A stretch of DNA of 63,995 nucleotides, the filler included, from Intoshia linei (taxonomy: Eukaryota; Animalia; Orthonectida), in assembly GCA_001642005.1 (NCBI GenBank). It is 5 parts of 5 records of this genome, joined end to end, with 100 filler letters (N's around TTAATTAATTAA, not from the genome) between each part and the next. Parts side by side here need not be neighbours in the genome. Positions count along the whole stretch, not along the records: positions 1 to 27,870 come from LWCA01000436.1; positions 27,971 to 51,653 come from LWCA01000565.1; 3 more parts are not named here. One strand, 5' to 3'. The position numbers and the translations under genes were made by a program. Below are positions 24,401 to 38,018 of the stretch, in pieces (the stretch's first letter is position 1; the number at the start of each line of letters is the position of its first letter). Below the pieces are notes generated by a model, which was not told the origin of the DNA, ran no database searches, and was given only the letters and a program-made list of their open reading frames with translations.

Positions 24401-25541
24401 GAGGTTCAATACACACTTTTTTGAAATTGTAGATTTAAATTTTCAATTTTAACAATTTTTGAATTTTGATAATATATTAAAAATTATTTTTCACCGGGAA
24501 TGCGTAGATTTCTGGGGTTGAACTTTTGTATATATCAATTGGAATAAGCTCTATCAGAATAATTTTTTTTTAATTTTTGGACTGTTAATAATTTCACATT
24601 TGGTTTTAATAAAATATTTCGGAAAAAAAATATATGAATACTAAAATACTTTTTTGATTGTGAAGTCGTCACTTATTCGGATTGAAACTTTTTATGTGTG
24701 TTAACATGATACAACTCTACCACCTGTAAATTTTTTGAAATTTAAAAAAGGAAGGGAATTTGTGGTTTTGGCCATGAAGGTATAATTTTTTTAAGTTTAA
24801 ATTTATGATAATGTTTATGATTTTAAAATTCATATCAGCATATATATTTTTTTTTAAATTCTCCAACTCGTTTAATTTTCAAAAAGAGGAACAACAGGGG
24901 TTTTTGACCCTTAAGATGTGAAATTGGGAGGTTGAAATTTATCTTATTATACGCGGGGAAAAAAACTGTAATTGAAATGTGGTCTTTAAAAAATTCTAAG
25001 AATGCTAGTTATTTTAATAAAGTAGGACACACACACAGACAAACAAAAATCGCGTCTCATTTTGTATAAGTTAGGATTGCATATTATAATGAAATTAAAT
25101 GTAACTTTATTTTATTAATACAATTAGTTTTTTAATAAATACCTGGAAAATGGTATATATAAAAAAAATTTTAGCCACCTGATGCCAAGAGCTGAGGCAT
25201 ACATGAAATTATAATTAGATAAAATAAAACATCATAATATGTTTAGATTTAATATGTAATATTAACCTTTAGGGACAATACCAGGTCCAATACTATTTGG
25301 TTACATGATTGATGCAGCATGTTTAACAGATAATAAAAGAAATTGTTTATATTATGATTCACAGAAATTAGCTAAAGATATTATTATCGTTGGAGTTACG
25401 CTAAGAACAGTTGCATTTTTCCTTATACTCATAGCTAGTCTTACATATAAATCACCAAAAAAACATAGAATTGAATCTGATTATACTGACTCAACCGACA
25501 GTGACCAAGAAAATGTAATTAAACCGAATAAATTAAATTAA
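18456..25541 (+). CDS. Organic anion transporting polypeptide (OATP/SLCO, SLCO4-like); first exon not found
   Basis: Exons at about 18456-18626, 19073-19190, 19797-20052, 21393-21517, 22002-22452, 23336-23490, 23526-23689, 23724-23788 and 25273-25541. Motifs: NGFISTSVTTLEKRF, LDENV, GPAIGYIIGG, the OATP signature WYGAWW, Kazal-like CNSKCQC...YASPCFAGC, and GTIPGPILFGYMIDAAC. Confidence 0.93.
20077..21129. mobile_element. Buster-type hAT MITE (1053 bp)
   Basis: Perfect 14-bp TIR CAGGGGTGCACAAC; perfect 8-bp TSD AACTAGAT (nnnTAnnn); internal repeated TTTTACCAA motifs. Confidence 0.92.
21132..21356 (-). mobile_element. Mini-Helitron (225 bp)
   Basis: CTAG end with a degenerate hairpin (gtatttcgtacaaa) and agctctgct. 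The other end reads TCTTTTCCTTATATAA...(TGTC/TGTT)n on the minus strand. Confidence 0.7.
23980..25076 (-). mobile_element. Helitron copy (5' end intact) in an OATP intron; a further 5'-end fragment lies at about 22565-22623
   Basis: Ends acacacagacaaacaaaaatcgcg...tataagttagga|t; body homologous to the 34526-35677 copy. Left boundary approximate. Confidence 0.8.
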
Positions 25542-26429
25542 ATTATTTCTCAGTATATTAATTAAATTTGTTAAACATTTCACCATTTTTCGAAAACTTT
25601 AAATATAGACTTTTCTAATATATAATTGTGTAGCTGGTACTCTTCTGATTAGAACGATGTGGATCCCTGTATCTGGTCAGATAGACGGCTCGAGATATTG
25701 TGTTTTTGATCACGTTTCTACTATACTGTAATTGTAAACCACGAATGGCGATAATGCCGTACTAATAAAAATAGTATTTTTATTGCTTAGAAACAAAATG
25801 TTTTTGATTAATTTTTGATTAGAAAAATAAACATTTAAGTTAAATTTCAATTTATAAGTTTATTTACTACGATAAAGTACGACTTTTGTCGTACTTCTGG
25901 TCGCATTAGATAATGGTATCATTAAATGTGTTTAAATGCTGTCACAATATCATAACGCCGTGATTACTTCCAAATAAAAATATTTTTGAATAATTTACAC
26001 TGAAACCTGTCTACAATACAGCGTAAAACCTTGAACAAAATCGACAGTATATACAGAATAAATAATTAAATATAATAATATTTTAATTATTAGATAAACG
26101 TTTAAATAATTTTAAAGAAAGAAAGCCATTTATTCGATTAAATTAGTATTAATAAATTGTACCATGTATTAGTAATATGTTAAAGGAATTAAAAACTCTA
26201 GACTTATTTTTTTATTTTGCTAATTATTATATTACATATGTACACTTTAATTTTGTTCATTTTCATCTTTTTCTACAATTTTATTCCAATCAAGTATATT
26301 ACTATTACAACATTCGAACCAAATTTCAGAGTTTAACCCTACAATTCAAAAAATTATAATATTAATTAATATTTATAAAGTACATATTTATTTATTATAA
26401 AAGAAAGTGTAGTAACATTATATTATCAT

Positions 26430-27736
26430 AGTACAAGTTTCTCTCTCCAACTTGCCATCCATTTTTTTGAAAACATTATTTTATTAACAGAGGCATGAGT
26501 GAATGAAAACATTTTTATACAAATTAATACTATTGAATTTGGTAACTTTGATTATTTTTCCTCGATTTCACCAAATTCTCTACTATGAAAAAAGCACGAC
26601 ATGTCCAATATTGTAGAACTATATCGAGAATACTTTATGTCAAAAATCGGGTACACTATATTTATATGCCACTATTTTTGCAAAAAATAAATATTTTTAA
26701 GTTTAATTTATTTTTATTTACCATTTTAATGGTCTAACGTTTTTTACCTCACCACATTTTTGGAAATCCCAAAAATAGCTAGTTGCAGGGAGATAACCGT
26801 ATTTTATTATTGTTGTGATTAAAGTTTATATAATTTTATAAATTAATTATTGGACAATGTACAATGTAAATCTTTTCATACATCTACATTTACTGTATTT
26901 ACATTTTAATCAATTATCTCATAATACATTTATTAATACATCTACATGTATTAATAAGTAATCTCAAAATTTAAAATATTACAATTTACATTCGTTTTTT
27001 TTTCTATAAAAGTTACATTTCTTGAGATACCTTCATATACGTCTTCTTTGAAATCAATGAAACTATTACTTTTAGGAATTCCAACTTCGACATAATATTG
27101 TTGCAAAATCTTTTTCAACATTTTACTCAATAGTTCAAAACAAGGTTTCACAATATACGTTACAAAACCTGTAATAATAGAATAGAATAAACGGTTCATA
27201 GAACCATAAATTGATTAAAACAAAACTTAACAAAAATATGCTGAAATTTTTTAGATAATTATTTTATATATTACCTATTTGTGATTTGGCAATGTTGCAT
27301 GTGGATTCATTACATAATGGAGAAATGGGTATATTTAATTGCTTTTCCTTTTTTCCCTATAATTTTACATATTAACTAATTTTCTATGTTTCTATGACGT
27401 AAATACATTAACTATCTTTGTTGAGAGAGGTAAGGAGGTTCTCGGATATGTTAATTCCTCTTCTGTATCTTCAATACTTTCAATGTCACCTGGGTCACTT
27501 AGTTTATTCGATAAAAACGAGTCTAATTTATATTCTGTACTCTCAAACCATTTACACAATAGCTGTATTTTTACCTGATTAAAAAATTCCTTGGTTAGCA
27601 TTGTACTCCATTTACTGTGATATTTCCAAATTTTTGCGGGATGACTATGAAATATTTAATTAATGAAATTATATTTACCAGTTACCTGATATCCGCCGCA
27701 TGTAAAATCATTGATAGCGCCTTGACAGTTGTTATT
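26430..27736 (-). CDS. PDE1: Cyclic-nucleotide phosphodiesterase, PDE1-like, C-terminal catalytic exons; 5' part not found (gap at 27871); 3' end uncertain
   Basis: Exons 27736-27686, 27644-27575, 27356-27275 and 27168-about 27030 translate to KALSMILHAADISHPAKIWKYHSKWSTMLTKEFFNQGKKEKQLNIPISPLC...IAKSQIGFVTYIVKPCF, which matches the PDE1 catalytic C-terminus. Confidence 0.88.
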
Positions 27737-27870
27737 CTTAAAATAGATAATAACTACATGCTGATACTAATCATATAATACTAAATAATAATGGTACTGA
27801 CTTTATAATATTGTTTTCCATGTTTAGTTATACAGTTTATTTTTTTAAATTTTTTTCTAGCTCAATTTTT

Positions 27871-27969
27871 NNNNNNNNNNNNNNNNNNNNNNNNNNNNNN
27901 NNNNNNNNNNNNNNTTAATTAATTAANNNNNNNNNNNNNNNNNNNNNNNNNNNNNNNNNNNNNNNNNNN
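27871..27969. other. Scaffold gap with an artificial TTAATTAATTAA six-frame-stop spacer (also at 51654-51753, 56147-56246 and 62276-62375)
   Basis: The same 12-mer sits in the centre of four ~100-bp N runs. Confidence 0.95.
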
Positions 27970-28964
27970 NACAAAACTTGTTCATGCACAATTTGCCTAT
28001 CATAATTATCATTCAATTTCAATAGTAATAATGGTGTTTCTAAAATTAAAAAACGTAATTCTTTTGGACGTCCAAAAACAGGAGTTAGTGATTTTGAAGT
28101 GTCAAAAAATTTATTTATTCCCGAGAATTACGAAAATGTGATAAAAGTTTGGAGAAAATTAAACATTGAAACAAAAAAACTGAACTATTGATTACAGAAT
28201 TCAACTGTCCAAAAGTAGAATTTATAAAAGCTTTGAATGATTTCAAATTAGTTGTCCAAGCTTGTTTTGGCACTGTCTTAGCAATAGATTACAAAATAAA
28301 AATTGAAAATTTTCGAAAGAGTTACCTGAACTTAAACATAAGAATCACACCAAAATTACATGCTGTATTTTTTCACATAGCAGATTTCTGTGACCAAAAA
28401 AATTCAAGTCTTAGCTATTGGTCTGAACAAGCATCAGAGGCAGTACATACAAATTTCAACGTGGAAACGTGGAATAAATACTCAGTTTCTCAAGTTAATG
28501 TGGATAAATATGGTCAGCAGCTCCTAAAATCAGTACAAGACTATGCTAGCAAGCATATCTAATAATTTTCTTCTACTAACTATAAGTTTTTTTAAGTTGA
28601 AATGTTAATAAATTTTTTGCTCAATATTCACTGATACTGAGATTATCTATATATTATATTATACATATATGCCATTTCAAATAACTTTTACAAAATGTTT
28701 AAAGTCTTTTAAAATTAAAAAAATTTGAATTCAAAAGTTTTAAGACATTGAAATCTCCATCTATTTAAATTTTTGTAGAAAAATATACATTTTTGACCTC
28801 TACTCAAAAACGGTACTAAGAATTTTTTTAATTTTTTTTTAAAATAGTCCTGAAAGTGTGCCAAATCAGAAAGTATTGAAATTTTGTGTGAGTTTTAAAT
28901 TCCACCTATAATCGCCATCCGCATGACTCTGCATATAAATTAAGTCTACTTGGCCTCTACAGTG
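27970..28964 (+). mobile_element. 3' part of a Transib/Chapaev-like (RAG1-related) DNA transposon; ORF 28188-28562
   Basis: C-terminal motif TPKLHAVFFH...SEQASEAVH; right terminus ...GGCCTCTACAGTG, which reads CACTGTAG on the minus strand (CAC-type end). Confidence 0.65.
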
Positions 28965-29299
28965 GTAATTTGATCGTAAAAACACTCGTCCATACATACA
29001 TCAAAATTGTAAAAGTAACTTTAAATTTCTAGATAGTATGATAATATATTTATTTTCTGTTTAATAAATAAAAATATTATACATTAAATCTACTAGTAAT
29101 AATGTTAGACTTTTCAGTTGGTGTCAACAATTTTTTTTTGCTGTTATCTTTTTTAGTTGTCACTTTTAGATGATAAATTATTTTAGGTATGTATACTATC
29201 TATTATAATGAGTAATATTTATTACATTTAAAAATATAAAATTGCAAAAACAAGTAAAAAATTGCGTTAATAATAAATTTAATTAACTAATTTTTAATT

Positions 29300-29845
29300 T
29301 ATTTTTGAAATCATTACAAAAACTAATCTCTGAATCCATATCAAGTTCTTGAGACAACTTAATCTAAGATTAAACGTGATCCAATGCCAACTTGATAGTT
29401 TCCTGTTTATAGCTAGGTTACGTTAGCTCTGCATTTTCAAAACTACATTCCGACTCAGTGTCTACATCAGGCATTGAATTGTCGCCATCCATCAAAAATT
29501 CGCGGTAAATTTGTTGTAGGAAATTTGTACGCTTTTTGTCGATAAATTGATATAATTAATGATCTGGGTGTACCCATCTTATCTGCAACTTTTCTGTACA
29601 ATTTTACAGAATCTATTTCTTCAATAATGGAAACTTTATCAAAAATAGAAATTGAAATTCTTTTTTGTTTATAATTTAATATGCTGTTTTTAAATAATGC
29701 GCTAAATTTACTTTACAATTTAGTGAGAAGAATTTTTCATTTTTATTGGTTCATATGAGAACATCAATTTACTTTCTACGCACTGCAGTGCGAGAATAAT
29801 TACTTTCTATTACCGCGTTAATATAGAAACCATATATCAGTGTAT
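29300..29845 (-). pseudogene. Highly degraded pogo/Tigger-like transposase remnant
   Basis: Minus-strand KRISISIFDKVSIIEEIDS resembles the N-terminal psq HTH; acidic tail with stop codons. Confidence 0.35.
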
Positions 29846-31091
29846 AGAATAATAAAGTTTTTGAAAATAAATTATTTATATATTTCAACATGCAAAAATT
29901 GAAATTTTGATTCAATAGACTAAATAGTAAAAAAAAATTACGTCATAGCTTATAATTTTCACACTTTTACATTACGAGTTTGGCAGAATGCATGAAATAC
30001 ATTTTAATGATTTATTATGTTTACCAACACATCAATAGAATTAATTTTATTTTCACCGTATAAATATTTAGAGTTTATTAAACTTTTTAGATAAAAACAG
30101 GACCTAATTTTGTTAAATGTGTATCTTTTTCAAATCAAATGATGCCGGGTACATTTTTGATATTTAAATGTGTTTATTTTACATAATGTATTTAAATGAA
30201 ATTTTCGAAAATGTTAATTCTAATAAATATTTATTAAATATTACTCTTACTAAAATTTACAAAAAGAAATAATGCTGAGATTTTTTCTGGCTTGTTAGAT
30301 GGAAATTTCTCTGAAGAAAATTTTTTCGTTATATCAAATGGAGAAAACAGTCTAATTATATATATTTTAAATGCTAGGAATTAATTATAATTATTAATTT
30401 AACGCTATATAAATTTTTGGAGATCTAGCCAGAATATCATTCCTAATACAGTATAAGGTACACATTTTGGGGTACATAGAATATATTAAAATGTTCTGCT
30501 CTTTTCAAAAAAAAAAACAATTTTTTTTAGTGAAAGGTCAGGGCCAATTATAAATTCGACGCTATTTTATATTTTTTTTGAAATTATATTTTCAAACGGT
30601 CACAAAATTGAATTTAACATCAACTTGAATGTAACTTAATTCTATATATTATGTAAATTTCCTTATATATACACTTTAAAAATGAAATATGTCAAGATTA
30701 CGATCTAATCAGATAGAATCACACACGTTATTCGAATCCTGACAGTGTTATTGAATATTTGATCAATAATTTGCAAATATTGGGTGATGAAATGTAATTT
30801 GAATTCTTTACCATGAAAATGCAAAATATAAAAAACACAAATGGAAAAAACGTAGAATTTCTGCATTTTAAGAAATGAAGGTCTACATTTTATGTAGTGT
30901 TAAAATAACGAGTAACACACATTCAACTTTATGTGTTATGATTTACTTAAGCATACATTTGATGATAAAAAATAAATTAATTTTTTTATACACCTTCCTG
31001 CATACACATGATAATCTATGCTTCGTTTAAGAATATTCATTTTGATCTAATGATAAATTTTTTAAATTTTCGTTTAGATAAAATATCTGTT

Positions 31092-31377
31092 ATGTCCGAT
31101 TGCCTAAAAAAGCGATTTCCGCGTGCAAATGTACAAATAGACGATATTTCTGGAGGATGTGGTTCAATGTTTTCTGTATTTGTCAAAACCGATGAGTTCA
31201 AAAATATGTCGCTATTAAAACAACATAAGAGTGTTAACCAAGTATTTTAAATTCTTTGCCACTAATATTACATCATATTTATTCATGATTACATAGTATA
31301 ATTTTTTATTAATTTTTTAGACCTTGAAAGATCACATTAGAGATATGCATGGAATACGCATTAAAACTTCTCATTGA
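31092..31377 (+). CDS. BOLA3: BolA-like protein 3 (mitochondrial Fe-S assembly); exons 31092-31241 and 31321-31377; an upstream exon is possible
   Basis: VQIDDISGGCGSMFSVFVKTDEFKNMSLLKQHKSVNQTLKDHIRDMHGIRIKT carries the SGGCG and MHG(L/I)R signatures. Confidence 0.93.
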
Positions 31378-31488
31378 TGTATATAATAAAAATTTTCAAT
31401 TTTCTGAATTTATGATGTGCATGGGAAACGATAAATATTATTATTACCAGGGTGTCTTTATAAACAATATTTATAAACCTTTTTATAA

Positions 31489-34400
31489 ATGTATCCTATT
31501 TTGTTACTTTTATTGGTATTATCAAAATTTAAATGTCAAAACACAGAAACAACCGTCGCAACAGTTTCAACCACATCTACCCTCAGCGCTTCATTGGCAT
31601 CTACAGTTCCATCAGAAAATGTAGATTTACAAGATAGTGGAGAAGCGTATAAAGGAAAAACGCACTTGTCTAATATGGTGAATGATAAAACTATCGTAAT
31701 TGTTGATAATAGTACACATCCAAGAGTAATGGCTAAAAAGAATATAACACGTTAATAATATATGAAATATAAACATTTTTTATAGGTAGTATTTGTTGGT
31801 GTGATCTGACCCGTGGTTCATGTGATACAAATTGTTGTTGTGATCCAGAATGCTCGAATGGCGATATTAAATCTTTCACTACATGTGTCAATAAGGCATC
31901 AGCGTATGTGAATCAACTTTCATCAATTTGTAATATTTAGAGTACCACACTCATGCTATTATCAAGACAATATTATGTTCAACAACACTGATTATATGGG
32001 GAAAAAAGTTTTGAACCAACTGCTTTGTTTATACAAGGACAACTGTACGTCTATGTTTTAATAATTTATTTATTTAATGCAAATAGACCCGAAAAAAGAG
32101 GAATATGATGATGTTTCCGTTATTGATGATGATACCATTTTAATAGATTATATTCATTCACAGTCAAACTCATTTCAATTTTCATTGTCACAATCTAATG
32201 AAAATCTTGTATATAAGGTATTTTTAATATTTTATATCCAATCATAATGCTCTAAATAGGTTGGTGATCCTTTGTATGTGGTTGATAAAAATGGTTACAT
32301 TATGCATTTGTCTTTTCCCACAACTACAGTTTACGCAAACTGTCTTGATAATGGAGATATTTGTAATTTTTATTAAAATTATGAAATAAGATTCCCATTT
32401 TTAGCATATTTGTTGAATCGAGAGGTTAAATGTATTAGACAATTGAAAGATACTTATAAGCAATGTAATACCCTTCCAGCATTAAATCCACTCAAATATT
32501 ACGGTGGTTTTAAATTTATTAAGGTAATATCAATTTATAAAAAATAAAAAATACTTTAGAACTTGGAATCCATACAAAATATTACCCATTCGGGTAAATT
32601 TAAATTTTATATAATTATTCGATAAAATGAGATGCCATTCATACATGGTACATCATTATAAATTACTAATTTCTATACACTTTATCTATTATAATATAGA
32701 TTTTTTCTTAATCATTAAAATTAATGAGATCGCGGATATTTGTCATTTTTATTTGTTATGAAAAATCAAAATAAATATATTTTAACCCAGTGTAAAATAA
32801 AGATATATAAAAATTAGAGATTATTCCTATATTTCAAGAGGGTACCAAAAACCTATATTGTTAAAACCAACTTCTAACTGAAATCTTTAGCAAATTTGTA
32901 TAATGAACAAAATTCAACAATTGATATATCAATAAGTAACAGTATAAGATGCCGGGATATTTATGGTAATAGTAGAGAATGCCAATTTGGAAAATCAAGC
33001 ACACTTCAATTTGTTAATCCGATAATTGTTGAACATAAAAACGACACAAGTATTCCAATATACTGTCAAAATGTCGTAAAAGATGTATGATTTAAAATTT
33101 TTGTAAAATGGTGCCCTCATATTTCCAAATTGAACATTAAAAAACTTACATTCTTGAACATTCTAACTACATTATGTATTTTGTGTGTTAAATTTAAAAT
33201 GTCAAGAAAAGAGTCTTAGAAAAGTGGCCACGGCTATATGACACTATATTATTTCACTTTCAATTTGATAACAAATGACAACCGATGCGTTAATTTCTAA
33301 ATTCAATGTGATATAAAATATGTTGATAAAGTGTTATATTATCACTTTGGATTTAGCTACATCGTTTATCACATTATTTTTAATTATTATCCTATCGAAA
33401 GTGAAATGGTATAGTAGTGTCACCCTACACATCGCTTGTAATTTTTTAGAGGCCATTTATCATTTTCGGGTGGCCGAACTTCGTAGATTCGGCTCTGGGT
33501 GAGATATAAAGGTGTTAATCACTATAAATATATTTTTATCCCTACAGGATTTGATTGGATATTGATTTTTAATTAATATTCATAATTTAGGTACATTATG
33601 TATTTATTTATACGAATAATGGGAAAACTATATCGTTTACTGACGTTACTGTTAATTTCGTTTTTATGGATTTGCTCATTGAAGAAAAACATTTTCAGCA
33701 GTTTTTCAAAGTAACATTCCAACAGGTATAATTATTTTTATAAAATATTTCTGATTACATATACAATGTACATTATACATGCGTTATATTGTTTCGAGCT
33801 GCGTAACAGAGTTATATTAGAGTCATACAATCAGCGACATTTCCAGATTCTTACCACTGTCCGTGTCATAATTTTGCATTAACATCCCTTAAAGTTTATC
33901 ATTGTTTAAGGCTTAAACAATGTTATCCAACATTAATTTTTGATATATCATAATACATATGGTATATAATTTAAATTTATCAAAATTACCAATGCGCCAC
34001 CCTGTCCTAATTAATAATAATGCTGAATACATATATAATCTATATACATTTGAAGCATCTTAAATGGAATTATTATGTAGAAGTCAGATTTACTCTTGGA
34101 GAAAATTGAATTGAGTGGAAATCCAGGATATATTATTGGTAAACCCTTAGTAGCTGGAAGTTTGATTAAACACGCAGATGTGGACAATATCATAAGGTAT
34201 ATACAAAAAAATAAATATTAAATTGTTTTACAGGATAGCCATTCAATTATTAAATGATCCTCATATAAGGTTTACTGTGTTAAAGAGTGACTCTAACAAT
34301 CAATGTATCAATAATGTTATAATGAGAAAATCAATTCTATTTGGTGAAAATTTACGCAGTGGTTGTTATATAACGTAATTATGTAGTTTAATTTAGTATA

Positions 34401-36699
34401 TTACTCTTTCACATAAATCATGACCCAAACTTTTCCTCGTGGATCCACATTTTCAGAAAATAATTCCCATTGACACTAAGAAATAATAACTCAAACACAT
34501 GTAAATGTACAATAATATATAATTACTAGCTTGGCTGGTTTGTACTTTGTACAAACAACACCTAGCTCTGCCGAGGGCGGATATATCTAATTTTAGCATT
34601 AAAAAGTAAATCTATTATGGTTGAAATCACTTTTGCGAAGCCATTAAAGTAAGGCTACAAAAATGTATTACCGTAGATCATAACTTCATATAATTTTACT
34701 GAAAATTTTCCTAAATGTATATCACAATGAATACATTATGATGATTAATCACGGTTGTTGTTTTATTTATTTTATAAATACGTTGCTGTAGTGTTAAAAT
34801 TTAAGTAAAGTTTATACAAAATGTTTTGAAAATGAATACTTGAAATTTAAAAATTGTGTAGCAATGAAAAAAATTCCGAAGGATTGAATTATATAAATTT
34901 TCACCCATATTTCTTCATTGGAAATGTGTAGACGTTCACTGCACATTTTTTTTAAATTGAGGATTAATCTTTACATTTTAAATTTTTATTTTAATCATAA
35001 TTGAAAAATATTGGTTGATAATTATTTAATAAATTATAATTTATAAAAATTATTTTGCATTGGGAATGCGTAGATTTCTCGGGTTCAACTTTTGTATTTA
35101 TATCAACTGGAATAAACTCTATCAAAATAATCTTTTTTTTAATTTTCGGACTGTTAATTATTTCACATTTATTGTTTTAATAAAATATTTCGAAAAAAAA
35201 TATATGAATACTAAAATGCTTTTTTGACCGTGAAGTTATTCTTGTTGTATATTAGTCGTTGACTTATTTGGATTGAAATTTTTTATATCTGTTAACAGGA
35301 TACAACTGTACCGCCTGTAATTTTTTTGAAATTCTAGGGCTGTTTTCAAAAAAAGAAACAGTAATTTGTGGTTTTAGCCCTGAAGATATATTTTTTTTAA
35401 ATTTAAATTTATGATAATGTATATGATTTTAAAATTCTCATCAGCGTATATATTTTTTAAATTATTCAACTCGTTTGATTTTCAAAAAGAGGGACAACTG
35501 GGGTTGTTGATCCGTAAGATGTGAAATTGGGAGGTTGAAATTTATCTTAATATACGTCATGAAAAAAACTGTAATTGAAATGTGGTCTTTAAAAAATTCT
35601 AAGACGGGTAGTTATTTAAATAAAGCTTAACACACACACACAAACAAAAATCGCGTAGCCTTTTATATAAGTTAAGATATTCAAGAATGAAAAAGCATTG
35701 GTATTTTTGGTAATAACAAAAATGTAATATTTTTTATTTTTGCATTGATATTATAAATCACGTTATTTATCTCTTTCATTTTTGATACACCACTAGAATA
35801 CTTTTCGTAACATTAATCTATTAAGAACGTAAATATTACGTGTATTTTATTATTATTACAAATGATAATGATTTTGAAATATCAATTTTTTAATACATTT
35901 TCAGTAACACTACGTCCTATGTAAGAAACCATGCTCTAAATATTTGATAATGTTCGAATGTTCCCTAGAAGTTACAGTAAAATATATTATATTGTATTTT
36001 ACAGTACTCTAAAATGAACTGTAACATTATAATAAATTATAACGACATTAGACTCAAATAATAAGTTTATAATCATAAAATATCGCTGGTATGATTAAAA
36101 TAGCAAATGGGTCGATTGTGCACATCCTGATTTACAATTTACAAATATATTATTATATATTAGACTTCATCAGTTGAATGTAACCAACTCTTGCCAAATG
36201 ATACAAAACGAAATAACAGCACTGCTGATAGGAACAGAATTTCCCAAATACGTTGCTTCTTTCGGAAATTCTGCCGTAGAAAATGTCGGTGATTGGATAG
36301 AAATATTTATGGATTCTAGCCCCCAAGATGCATTTGTATATTTTAATAAATATTTGTTTATAATTTAAAATTTAGGAAGATGCAACTATACCATATACAT
36401 GTTCCAATATACATACGGGTATAAATATAGATGTTATATATGGTAAAGAAGGAAGAATTGACGAATCACAAAACAAAATTGTTGGTGTTGCCGTGAGATA
36501 TACGGAACCAGAAAATATACGATTTAATTGCATTTCAAATTCTTGTGATGGATCTAACGCCCACAATGCCATCAAAAAAATCCAAATAAAAACGGCAGTT
36601 ACGTTTACAAACATTAGCTTAAAACCAAAAATGCTGTTTGCTGATATTCCGGCATTGAAAATTTACGTACCAAAAGATTTTCTATACCCCTTTATGTAA
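31489..36699 (+). CDS. TCTN1: Tectonic (ciliary transition-zone protein), TCTN1-like, multi-exon
   Basis: Signal peptide and Thr/Ser-rich stalk; CWCDLTRGSCDTNCCCDPEC; SGNPGYIIGKPLVAG; FGENLRSGC; PKYVASFGNS. The C-terminus PKDFLYPFM has no TM helix, as in TCTN1. Confidence 0.9.
34526..35677 (-). mobile_element. Full-length non-autonomous Helitron in a tectonic intron
   Basis: A|TCTTAACTTATATAA...CTAG|T on the minus strand with a subterminal hairpin. Confidence 0.85.
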
Positions 36700-37016
36700 A
36701 TTTTGATAAATCTTTCTTTCAAGAAAATTTATTTTAGTCTTTGCATATTATCATATAATATTATTTTTGTATAACCTATATTTCTTTTTAATCGATAAAT
36801 GTACTTATAATTAAGTCGCTTTATGAGGATCTATCTCCTATATGAAAAATTATAATTGTGTAGATTTTGGTCGTACAAATTGTGTACAATTCAATTAGTC
36901 ATTGATTCATAAAAATATAAAATTGACCTATTTTATAGGTGAAATAAATGTAAAATGTACATATTTGTTACCAACATTAGTGTAAATAAGAAAAATTGGG
37001 ACCATAAAAATTGATA

Positions 37017-37722
37017 ATGAAACTCTATTACGAAATATTAGTTTTAACAAAAAATATTAAAAGTGGAAGTGAACTCGTAGAAAATTTTATGTACAAAAAA
37101 AGGCTGACACCAGATAATATCGAAAATGTGCATATATCAAAATTGCATATAAAAACTCTGTCAAACAGTAAAATGCAGAGTTTGATAAATATTTCAAAAA
37201 TTTTAAAATTGGAAAATATTGAAAGAGTCACAAGTAAAGATGAATTTTATTTGATAAAAAGCAATAATTATACTTTGGAAAGTTTTTAAATTATTATGTA
37301 TCAATAATCAATTTTTAGTAACAGAGTCTCAATTGAATGAAAAAAACTTCCTAAGAAATACTAAATATGACATAATCATAATTGTAGTAGATACAATTCA
37401 AAGCTACAATACCATTTCCAATATCTTAAAAGAATACAAACTAAACGAACCCTAGTAAAAATTTACAATGAGATGTATATATTTTCAGTTATTTATCGAA
37501 AATTTTGGTTATAATCAAAATGGGCATACATAAAACTAATGAACCCATTATCGAATTAGAAAATGTAAAATTTTTGGAATAAAATAAAAAAAACTTTTAG
37601 ATTAAAACTATCATAGCAAACACTGAAAACCACAACGAATGTGATGCTGCATTTTCTATTGCAATTGATTTAATTCAAAGGTATAATATATCTCATTATT
37701 TTGTGCTTTAGAAAATTTTAGG
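37017..37722 (+). CDS. Small multi-exon uncharacterised protein, possibly a GTPase-like fold (CENP-M-like)
   Basis: ORF 37011-37289 is followed by probable short GT-AG introns and open exons (TKYDIIIIVVDTIQSYNTISNIL; LFIEILVIIKMG; IKTIIANTENHNECDAAFSIAIDLIQ). The family guess is weak. Confidence 0.45.
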
Positions 37723-38018
37723 GTAAATAATGTGTACCCAATTGGATTGGATTAAAATTATATACTTAAAGGGAGTTATGTCAAATCACAATGAGTTAAT
37801 TACCATTTTTAATGATAATCCATTTAACCTTTACAATGAACTGACTATACAAAGTAGATTAGGGTGCCAAGTCATTTTTTTCTAGTAACATCTTACCTTG
37901 CTGGTACAGCACGATCGTATTAGGGCCTAAAGTATATCCATAATAATTTATTTAGAAATAACAAAATCACCGAATCCCAAGTACAAAGCTCCAAAATATG
38001 TTCAATATTTTAATAAAT

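Noticed and set aside
27915-27926. TTAATTAATTAA palindrome recurring four times
   Set aside because: Always centred in ~100-bp N runs; it is a scaffolding spacer, not biological sequence.
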